A model generated the notes under the pieces. The model saw only the letters and a list, made by a program, of their open reading frames with translations, had not been told where the DNA came from and did no database searches. DNA of 47,978 bases from Solirubrobacterales bacterium (GTDB lineage Bacteria > Actinomycetota > Thermoleophilia > Solirubrobacterales > 70-9). A program made the translations under genes and the position numbers. Positions 8,387 through 15,528 of the stretch are shown here, piece after piece. Where the stretch lies: the NCBI GenBank assembly GCA_035701465.1, contig DASSMU010000238.1, positions 1-47,978 of the forward strand, given 5' to 3'. Each line of letters begins with the position of its first letter. The stretch's first letter is position 1.

Positions 8387-9262
8387 CTACGGGGCCGCCC
8401 CGCCCCTCTGGAAGGAAACGAGCCGTAGCCGCTCGACCGGGCCCTTGACCGCGATCTCGCGAACGGTTCCGATCCCGCGAACGTAGTACTTGTTGTCAAG
8501 CACCTTGGGCTCGAGTGGCGTCCACTCCTTGGTCCGCAACGCATGGTGCGAGGAAACGAAGGGCACCGAGACATCGGCGTTCAGGTCGAGCACCTTGAAG
8601 TGATCTTCAGCCTGGCCCTTGGAGAACTCCTGACGGGCGGCCAGCCCGGCTTTCGGATGACCTGGGATCAGGACCCCGGCACGGGCGCCGTCAACGCCGG
8701 CTTGAAAGGAGCCTTCGGTGCTGGTGGTGTTGCCGTGGCTGTCGAGCTCCTTCGTGGCCTCACCGAAGTACCAGACGTTGCCGTGACGATCCTGGGCGTA
8801 ATAGTCGTCCGTCACCTCCTCAGGCCTGCCATTTACCGAAACGACGTCGTGGACCACCGTCGTCTCGACGCCGAGGATCCGCTTGGCTCTGTCGGTTACC
8901 TCGACGACGTCAACGGTCTTCGTCCGACCCTTCAAGCCCGTGTACCGGTATTCGCTCCCGGGCTGGAGAGGGAACCAGGGGTTGTCGACCCGGACGACGA
9001 AATCGCTCGGGCTCAGCGTCGCCGGCCATCCCGGCCCGGCGCCCGACTTGATCGGACCGGGTGCTTGGGGGCCGGCCTGAACGGCCGTGGCCGAGACACC
9101 TCCAATCAGCGCACAGGCCACGCCCAGCGCCAAGAGCGCCCTCGCTCTCCTCTGATGCGTGACGGTCTGGACACACCGGGTGGTCAACGTAATCGCCACA
9201 AGGGTACGACGGCCACATGAACAAGAGATGAGAGCGCAGCCGTGCGGGGCGCCTCGGTTCAC
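8387..9262 (-). CDS. Secreted hypothetical protein
   Basis: Signal-like RRARALLALGVACALIGGVSATAVQA. The start is uncertain; in-frame GTG at 9199 or TTG at 9187 are better placed than the ATG at 9262. The stop abuts the convergent ZIP gene stop. Confidence 0.65.
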   Translation of the reverse strand: MNRGAPHGCALISCSCGRRTLVAITLTTRCVQTVTHQRRARALLALGVACALIGGVSATAVQAGPQAPGPIKSGAGPGWPATLSPSDFVVRVDNPWFPLQPGSEYRYTGLKGRTKTVDVVEVTDRAKRILGVETTVVHDVVSVNGRPEEVTDDYYAQDRHGNVWYFGEATKELDSHGNTTSTEGSFQAGVDGARAGVLIPGHPKAGLAARQEFSKGQAEDHFKVLDLNADVSVPFVSSHHALRTKEWTPLEPKVLDNKYYVRGIGTVREIAVKGPVERLRLVSFQRGGAAP

Positions 9263-9383
9263 CCTGCTTCATCTACGGTCGACGGCCCTCTGCCACGGCG
9301 ATAGCGGAGTTCGATCCGACGGTCCATCCCGACGCTCACCTAGCTCTCATCTAAGGTTAATCTCGCCTGCCACCCTTTGTGCG

Positions 9384-10064
9384 ATGCACGTGCTGGTCGT
9401 CGAGGACGAGGTGAAGATGGCGGCGCTGATCCGGCGCGGCCTCACCGAGCAGGGCCTGGCGGTCGACGTCGCCCCGAGCGGCGAGGAGGCCCTCGTGATG
9501 GCCGGCTCCTCCGCCTATGACGCCGTGGTGCTCGACGTGATCCTGCCGGGGATCGACGGCTTCGAGGCCTGCCGGCGGATGCGAGAGGACGGCATCTGGG
9601 CGCCGGTGCTGATGCTGACCGCGCGGGGCGCGGTGGAGGACCGGGTCGCCGGCCTCGACGGTGGCGCCGACGACTACCTGACCAAGCCCTTCTCCTTCGC
9701 CGAGCTGCTGGCTCGGCTGCGGGCCCTGATCCGCCGCGGGGAGAACGAGCGACCTGCCGTCGTCGAAGTCGGAGACCTGCGCCTCGATCCCGCCACCCAC
9801 CAGGTCTGGCGCGGTGAGACCGAGATCACGCTCTCGGCCAAGGAGTTCGCCCTGCTCGAGGCGTTCATGCGCCGCCCCGGCCACGTTCTCACGCGGCTGC
9901 AGCTTCTGGAGCAGGCGTGGGAGTACGACTACGAGCACCGCTCCAACGTGATCGAGGTCTACGTCCGCTACCTGCGCCAGAAGATCGACGCGCCCTTCGG
10001 GACACACTCGATCGAGACCGTGCGCGGGGCCGGATACCGCCTGCGAAAAGACGGCGGATGCTGA
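9384..10064 (+). CDS. OmpR/PhoB-family response regulator
   Basis: MHVLVVEDE...DAVVLDVILPGIDG...LTAR...DDYLTKPF receiver domain plus a winged-helix C-terminus (LSAKEFALLEAFM...GAGYRL). The upstream part of ORF 9159..10064 was trimmed. Confidence 0.9.
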   Translation: MHVLVVEDEVKMAALIRRGLTEQGLAVDVAPSGEEALVMAGSSAYDAVVLDVILPGIDGFEACRRMREDGIWAPVLMLTARGAVEDRVAGLDGGADDYLTKPFSFAELLARLRALIRRGENERPAVVEVGDLRLDPATHQVWRGETEITLSAKEFALLEAFMRRPGHVLTRLQLLEQAWEYDYEHRSNVIEVYVRYLRQKIDAPFGTHSIETVRGAGYRLRKDGGC

Positions 10065-11509
10065 CCCGGTCGCCGATTCGCCTGCGCGTGACCTTGGCCT
10101 TCGTCTTGATGATGACCCTCGTCCTTGGCGCGATCGGCCTCTTCGTCTACCTGCGCTTCAAGGCGGAGCTCGACGCCACGATCAACGCCAGCCTGCGCTC
10201 CCGCGCCACCGACGTTGCCGCCCTGGTGAAGGAGGCGGACTCCGGCCTCAGCGAGCGGCGGGGGAATCTTGTCGGTCGCTCGGAGAGCTTTGCCGAGGTG
10301 CTCGACCCGAGGAGGCACGTGCTCGAATCGACCGCTTCGATCGGCGGACACATCCTGCTCACCGCGCCCGAGTTGCAGCGGGCCGAGCGTGGTCCGGTCT
10401 TCCTCGATCGTGGGCCGCTCCCTGGCCTGCAGGACGAGTCACGCCTGCTGGCGATTCCGGTCCTCGCCAACGACCAGCGGCACATCGTGGTTGTGGGAAC
10501 CTCGACCGAGGCCCGCAGGGAGTCTCTTGCCGACCTCCTCCAGTTGCTGCTGATCGGTGGGCCGCTCGCCCTCCTGCTTGCCTCGCTAGCCGCCTACGGG
10601 GTCGCGGGGGCGGCTCTGCGGCCGGTGGAGGCGATGCGCACCCGGGCGGCTGAGATCTCGAGCGCCGAGCCCGGCCAGCGCTTGCCCGTCCCTCCCACCG
10701 ACGACGAGATCGCGCGGCTCGGGACGACGCTCAACGCGATGCTCGAACGCCTGGGGGAAGCCCTGGAGCACGAGCGCGCCTTCGTCGCCGATGCCAGCCA
10801 CGAGTTGCGCACTCCGCTGGCGATCCTCAAGGCCGAGCTGGAGCTGGCCCTGCAGCGGGGACGCTCTCCCGAGGAGTTGCGGGCGGCGCTCGGATCGGCA
10901 GCCGAGGAGACCGACAGGCTCACGCAGCTGGCCGAGGATCTGTTGACGATTGCCCAGACCGATCGCGGGGAATTGCCCGTGCGACTGGCACGAATCGACG
11001 TCGCCGAGGTCCTGGGTGGCGTCGCCAACCGCTTCGCGCGGCGGGTCGAGGAAAGCGGCAAGGCGCTGGAGCGGAGCACGGAGCCGGGCCTGACGGTCGC
11101 CGCCGATCGCCAGCGCCTGGAGCAGGCGCTGGGAAACCTGCTCGACAACGCCCTTCGCTATGGAGAGGCCCCGTTGGAGCTCGCGGCAATCGCCCGCAAC
11201 GGCTCGGTCGAGCTTCACGTCCGCGACCGTGGGCCCGGCTTCCCCGAAGAGTTCCGCGGCCGCGCCTTCGAGCGCTTCAGCCGCGCCGACGCAAGCCAGA
11301 GAATCGACGGCAGCGGCCTCGGGCTCGCGATCGTCGAGGCAATCGCCCTGGCCCACCGGGGCGAGGCCCATGTCGAGAACCGCGACGGCGGCGGCGCCGA
11401 TGCGTGGTTGGCGCTGCCACTGATTCCCGACGATGGCCGCTCTCGCCCCGGCGAAGCTGCTGCTGATCCCGCCGGGTCCCTCGGCCGGCCAAGCGCGGCC
11501 GAGCCCTAA
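10058..11509 (+). CDS. Sensor histidine kinase (2 TM, HAMP, HisKA, HATPase_c)
   Basis: ATG at 10058 overlaps the regulator stop (ATGCTGA). H-box FVADASHELRTPL; N/G boxes LLDNALRY, DRGPGF, GSGLGLAIV. Confidence 0.9.
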   Translation: MLTRSPIRLRVTLAFVLMMTLVLGAIGLFVYLRFKAELDATINASLRSRATDVAALVKEADSGLSERRGNLVGRSESFAEVLDPRRHVLESTASIGGHILLTAPELQRAERGPVFLDRGPLPGLQDESRLLAIPVLANDQRHIVVVGTSTEARRESLADLLQLLLIGGPLALLLASLAAYGVAGAALRPVEAMRTRAAEISSAEPGQRLPVPPTDDEIARLGTTLNAMLERLGEALEHERAFVADASHELRTPLAILKAELELALQRGRSPEELRAALGSAAEETDRLTQLAEDLLTIAQTDRGELPVRLARIDVAEVLGGVANRFARRVEESGKALERSTEPGLTVAADRQRLEQALGNLLDNALRYGEAPLELAAIARNGSVELHVRDRGPGFPEEFRGRAFERFSRADASQRIDGSGLGLAIVEAIALAHRGEAHVENRDGGGADAWLALPLIPDDGRSRPGEAAADPAGSLGRPSAAEP

Positions 11510-12396
11510 GCCTCCTCCGGCGCCAGATCGGCCTCTGCGATCGCCCGCCCCGGCCGCGCATGCTCGCGGCGACGATGCGGAACGCGGGCCTCTTCGGGAG
11601 CGTCCTTGCCGGTGACGCTCAGGTAGGCGACGAAGCCGGCGATCATCGCCGCCAGGACGAAGCTGACCGGACCGGTCCCGATCCCCAGGCCGCCCCGTTC
11701 TGGCGAAACCGCGAGCCAGTCGGCGAAGGAGGCGCCGAGGGGGCGGGTGACGACGTAGGCGAACCAGAAGGCGAGGATCGAGTTCATCCCGTAGCGCCAG
11801 TAGCCGAGCGCCGGCACCGCGATCACCGCGGCGAAGAGCAGGCCGGAGGCGAAGAAGCCAAGGCCGAAGGTGACCGCGGTCAGGTCGCCCGCGGCCGTGC
11901 CCAGGGCGAAGGTGGCGAGGACTGCGGCCCAGTAGAACATCTCCCGGCGCGGGGTGCGGATGCTGTGGATCGAGAGCGTGCCCTCGCTCAGGTACCAGGC
12001 CCTGAAGACGACGGCGAGGACTACCGCGTAGAAGACGGTCGAGGCAATGTAAGGAACGCCGAGACCGACGTGGAGGACGTCGGCGGCCATCGTGCCGAAG
12101 ACGCCGACCATCGCCACCGCCAGCCAGTAGGCCCAGGGTACGTAGCGGTCCTTCGAGAACTGGATGTAGAGAGCTATGACGAAGGCGATGCCGCCGAGCA
12201 CCACCGCTATCTCGGGGACGAGCTTGTGGACCAGGAAGTCCGAGGTCGACTCCCCCATCCCGGTCGTCAGCGCCTTGACGATCCAGAAGTAGGCGGTCAC
12301 CTCAGGGACCTTCGAGAAGCTGCGTCCCAACGCGCGAGAAGACGCCTGGCCTTCTCCAGCGCCTGCTGACGAGGAGGTATCGAGCTGTGGATCCAT
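11506..12396 (-). CDS. DUF347-repeat (COG4705) membrane protein, paralog of 6215..7465 without the USP-like domain
   Basis: KVPEVTAYFWIVKALTTGMGESTSDFL, AYWLAVAMVGVFGTMAADVL, MFYWAAVLATFALGTAAGDL, LAFWFAYVVTRPLGASFADWL. The stop overlaps the kinase stop. Confidence 0.8.
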   Translation of the reverse strand: MDPQLDTSSSAGAGEGQASSRALGRSFSKVPEVTAYFWIVKALTTGMGESTSDFLVHKLVPEIAVVLGGIAFVIALYIQFSKDRYVPWAYWLAVAMVGVFGTMAADVLHVGLGVPYIASTVFYAVVLAVVFRAWYLSEGTLSIHSIRTPRREMFYWAAVLATFALGTAAGDLTAVTFGLGFFASGLLFAAVIAVPALGYWRYGMNSILAFWFAYVVTRPLGASFADWLAVSPERGGLGIGTGPVSFVLAAMIAGFVAYLSVTGKDAPEEARVPHRRREHARPGRAIAEADLAPEEA

Positions 12397-12512
12397 TAAT
12401 TAGTAGGTCACGGCGGTGGGACGGGCAGCGCGGCAAGCTAGATAGAAGGCCTAAACGCAAGATGAGAGACCGAAAGCGCCCCCGTAACCGCGGCCGATGG
12501 CCGGCCTGTGGC

Positions 12513-13430
12513 TCAGCCGGGGTCAGCGCTTTGGCGGACGCAGCCCAATTTGCGCAGGCAGTATTCAGATCCGAAGCTGGGACCGGCCAAGGGGATCGGG
12601 TCGAGGCCCGGGAACTGGACCGAGAGGTCGCCTTCCCAGGTGAAGACAGATTCAGGGGTGCGGGCGAAGGTGCCGGTGCCGCTCAACGGCGGGGGCGGCG
12701 AGACGGTCAGGTACCCGGGGTGAGGGTCGCTGAAGGTGGAGGCGGGAGCGGGGACCCTTACATGCCTGTAGACGACGAGGGGCACGCGCCCGGAAGCCGT
12801 TTCGTACCGAACCGCCGTTTCGGCCCAGTAGAGGACCTGGCCACCGCCTATCGTGCCTGGCCGGTATTTCCGTGCGAGGAATAGGGCCCCTACATCCTCG
12901 GCCGAGAACTTGCTGACCCATTCACGATCACGGAAGTTCGATTCGAATTTCGCTCCATACCGACACCGGCTCGTGGGCTTTTCCGTCGCCGCCTCGGCTT
13001 CGTGCACCTTTACCTGGGTGTATTCCCGCTCGCCGGCGAACCTGATCGTCCCGCGGACCACACCCGGCTGCACCGTTGGGGGTTTTTTACTTCCGCAGCC
13101 GAAAACCGAGGGGTGACGAACCGGCCCACGCGGGTGAAACCGCACCGAGATCGTGCCCAGCCCGAGCAGCTTCGCCTTCACCCGATCGGTCTCGGCAAGA
13201 ACGTCCCGAGCCATGTATTCGGCGGCATACCCTTCCTTGGTCACCTGCAGGAGCAGGCGCTGGCGTTGATTCACGCTGATGTGAATCGAGTAGCCGTTGG
13301 AGCCTTCGAGTTCGATGTCGATCCACATGGCCGGCGGCCCGCCGTGCCTGGCCTTGGCCCAGGCGCCCCCCGAAAAACAGAGGAGGCCGGCAAGCGCAAG
13401 CATCGCGATGGCGGCCCGTCGCATCCTCAT
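12513..13430 (-). CDS. Secreted hypothetical protein, tandem paralog B
   Basis: ATG at 13430 (MRMRRAAIAMLALAGLLCFSGGAWA) overlaps the TGA of paralog A (ATGA). It shares SVRFHPRGPVR, a GC..., PPPP and GP.F architecture with paralog A. Confidence 0.65.
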   Translation of the reverse strand: MRMRRAAIAMLALAGLLCFSGGAWAKARHGGPPAMWIDIELEGSNGYSIHISVNQRQRLLLQVTKEGYAAEYMARDVLAETDRVKAKLLGLGTISVRFHPRGPVRHPSVFGCGSKKPPTVQPGVVRGTIRFAGEREYTQVKVHEAEAATEKPTSRCRYGAKFESNFRDREWVSKFSAEDVGALFLARKYRPGTIGGGQVLYWAETAVRYETASGRVPLVVYRHVRVPAPASTFSDPHPGYLTVSPPPPLSGTGTFARTPESVFTWEGDLSVQFPGLDPIPLAGPSFGSEYCLRKLGCVRQSADPG

Positions 13431-14479
13431 CGCAGCCCCCGTTCCAGGCCTGCCGGCCGCTCGTCGGCCGGCGGCTCCACCTTGAAGAAGTTGCAGCCAT
13501 CTTTGTCTTTCAGCGGATTGACGACGCAGAGGTGGACGTGAAAGCCAGGTCCGGTCAGCGGCAGGCTCAACCCGGCGAGCTTGACGCCGAGGGTGCCGGT
13601 CCAGGCTTCGGACTCCTCCGAATAGGCGGCTTCCCCGTAGAACGGCGGCGGCGGCGCCAGCGTGGCCGTGGCGGGATGCGCTCCGGGGAGGCTGGTGAGC
13701 AGCGTCCCGGGAGGCCCGTTCAGGTAGAGGCCATGGCCGATCGCCATCCCATGCCTCGATTCGACGATCCCCAGTTGGACGTCCGCCCCAGGCGAGGAGT
13801 CTTCCGGATGCATGGCGGTGATCCCGACGTAGCGCCCGTGGCTGCGAGCGGACGCGTAGAGGAGGGCGATGCTGTTTTCGTCGAAGAACACAGGGGTGGA
13901 TGCGACGTACTTCCGCAGCGATCTCGGGGGAGATTCCAGCGCCTGCCCCTTCTCGCACCTGAGGCGGGGCGAGTGGGCGATGTAGGCCTCGCCCTTGGCG
14001 GAAGAGACGTGGAAGTAGTTGCCCTCGCTGTGGAAGCTGAGGTGGCCGGCGAACCTGCCCTCTTCGGCGATTTCAGACCCCCCTTCGCACCCTGGCTGCG
14101 GATCGCGCCTGCGCACCCGCCCGCCTGGCCGGAACCGCAGGGACACCCGGCCGATCGAGCCGAACCGCGCCCGCACCACGCCGTGCTCCAAGTCCCCCAG
14201 ATTACGTGCGGCGTAGAGGCTGTACCTGACATTGAAGGAATCACCCTTCAACTTTTCGTTACGGACCGCATAGAAGATGACGACTCGATCGTTGGGCATG
14301 TAGAGGGCGATCTTGTAGCCCCTCTCGTTCCCAAGAGGCAAGAAGCCGACAGTGTCTGCCCGCTGGACTTCGACCTTTCCGGCGCGCCGCGGCCTCGCCT
14401 GGCCGGTTCCGATCGCGGTAAACAGCGTGGCCATGGTCATGAGGCCAACCGCAACCAAAGATAGGCGCCCTCTCCCCAT
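13427..14479 (-). CDS. Secreted hypothetical protein, tandem paralog A
   Basis: Signal peptide MGRGRLSLVAVGLMTMATLFTAIGTGQA. Contains SLRFRPGGRVRR, PPPPFYGEA and LAGLSLPLTGPGF. Confidence 0.65.
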   Translation of the reverse strand: MGRGRLSLVAVGLMTMATLFTAIGTGQARPRRAGKVEVQRADTVGFLPLGNERGYKIALYMPNDRVVIFYAVRNEKLKGDSFNVRYSLYAARNLGDLEHGVVRARFGSIGRVSLRFRPGGRVRRRDPQPGCEGGSEIAEEGRFAGHLSFHSEGNYFHVSSAKGEAYIAHSPRLRCEKGQALESPPRSLRKYVASTPVFFDENSIALLYASARSHGRYVGITAMHPEDSSPGADVQLGIVESRHGMAIGHGLYLNGPPGTLLTSLPGAHPATATLAPPPPFYGEAAYSEESEAWTGTLGVKLAGLSLPLTGPGFHVHLCVVNPLKDKDGCNFFKVEPPADERPAGLERGLR

Positions 14480-14546
14480 GCGCGAAGACTATCCCGTACC
14501 CAACAACGAATAGAGCCGGCGGGCGGCGCATGCCAGGGGGCCCCAG

Positions 14547-14619
14547 CGCCCCCGGTTGGATTCGAACCAACGACCATCGGCTTAGAAGGCCGGTGCTCTG
14601 TCCACTGAGCTACGGGGGC
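14547..14619 (-). tRNA. tRNA-Arg (anticodon UCU)
   Basis: Hand-folded cloverleaf: GCCCCCG TA GCTC AGTGGACA GAGC A CCGGC CTTCTAA GCCGA TGGTC GTTGG TTCGAAT CCAAC CGGGGGC G. There is one C-A mismatch in the anticodon stem. No encoded CCA. Confidence 0.85.
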
Positions 14620-14672
14620 GGGTGGGCCTAGATTAGGCCCTGGGAAGCCCTTTGGCGTAGCATCCCGCAACG

Positions 14673-15473
14673 ATGCCGAGCGTCGATGCAGCGGGGACGG
14701 AACTGCACTACCTGCGCGCCGGGGAGGGCGAGCCGCTGCTGCTGATCCAGGGAATGAGCGCCACTCACCTGACCTGGGGGCGGCCGTTCCTAAACGAGCT
14801 CGAGCGAAGCTTCGACTGCATCGTCTTCGACAACCGCGGCATGGGGCTCTCGGGCCAGGCCGAGCTGCCGTTCACGATCGCCGACATGGCAGCCGATACG
14901 GCGGCGCTGCTTGACGCGCTGGAGATCGAGACCGCGCACGTGGTCGGGATCTCGATGGGTGGGATGATCGCCCAGGAGCTGGCGCTCGCCCATCCGGAGC
15001 GGATCCGCACCCTGACGATCGGCGCCAGCTACTGCGGCGGCCCCAACGGGACGCTGATGGCGCCCGAGGATCTGCAGATGCTCGGCGCCGCCTACGCCTC
15101 CGGCGAGCCCGAGCAGGTCTTCCGCGCGATGTGGGAGATCAACCTCTCCCCCACGTTCCGCGAGGACGACTCGCGCTTCGCCGCCTTCGTCGAGATGGGA
15201 TCGGCGCTGCCGGCTCCCCAGCCCGTGGTCCTGCAGCAGATGCGGGCCTGCGGCGCCCACGACACGCACGAGCATCTCGGCCAGATCTCGCTTCCCACCC
15301 TGGTCATCCACGGCGATGCCGACCGCATGCTCGGACACGGCAACGGGCGCGAGATCGCCGCGCGGATCCCCGCCCGCCTGGAGACGCTCGAGGGCGTCGG
15401 CCACATGTTCTGGTGGGAGCAGCCGCAGCGCTCGGCGGAACTGATCCGCGAGCACGCCCTGGCACCGGTCTGA
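14673..15473 (+). CDS. Alpha/beta-fold hydrolase
   Basis: Nucleophile elbow GISMGG, an HG-type N-terminal region, and a C-terminal His (GVGHMFWWEQP). Confidence 0.85.
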   Translation: MPSVDAAGTELHYLRAGEGEPLLLIQGMSATHLTWGRPFLNELERSFDCIVFDNRGMGLSGQAELPFTIADMAADTAALLDALEIETAHVVGISMGGMIAQELALAHPERIRTLTIGASYCGGPNGTLMAPEDLQMLGAAYASGEPEQVFRAMWEINLSPTFREDDSRFAAFVEMGSALPAPQPVVLQQMRACGAHDTHEHLGQISLPTLVIHGDADRMLGHGNGREIAARIPARLETLEGVGHMFWWEQPQRSAELIREHALAPV

Positions 15474-15528
15474 ACCCGACCCGCCGTCGACGGGACCCGG
15501 AGCGGAGATATCGATCGCTTGGGGCTCG

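Noticed and set aside
12387-12884. Plus-strand ORF 12387..12884, which contains the AGATGAGAG motif at its 5' end
   Set aside because: It is Arg/Gly-rich and antisense to the well-formed secreted paralog B. The motif is better explained as an upstream element of the divergent DUF347 gene.
15484-15493. CCGTCGACGG palindrome between the convergent hydrolase and membrane-protein genes, considered as a terminator
   Set aside because: It is a 10-nt palindrome with no loop and no U-tract, which is too little structure to support a call.
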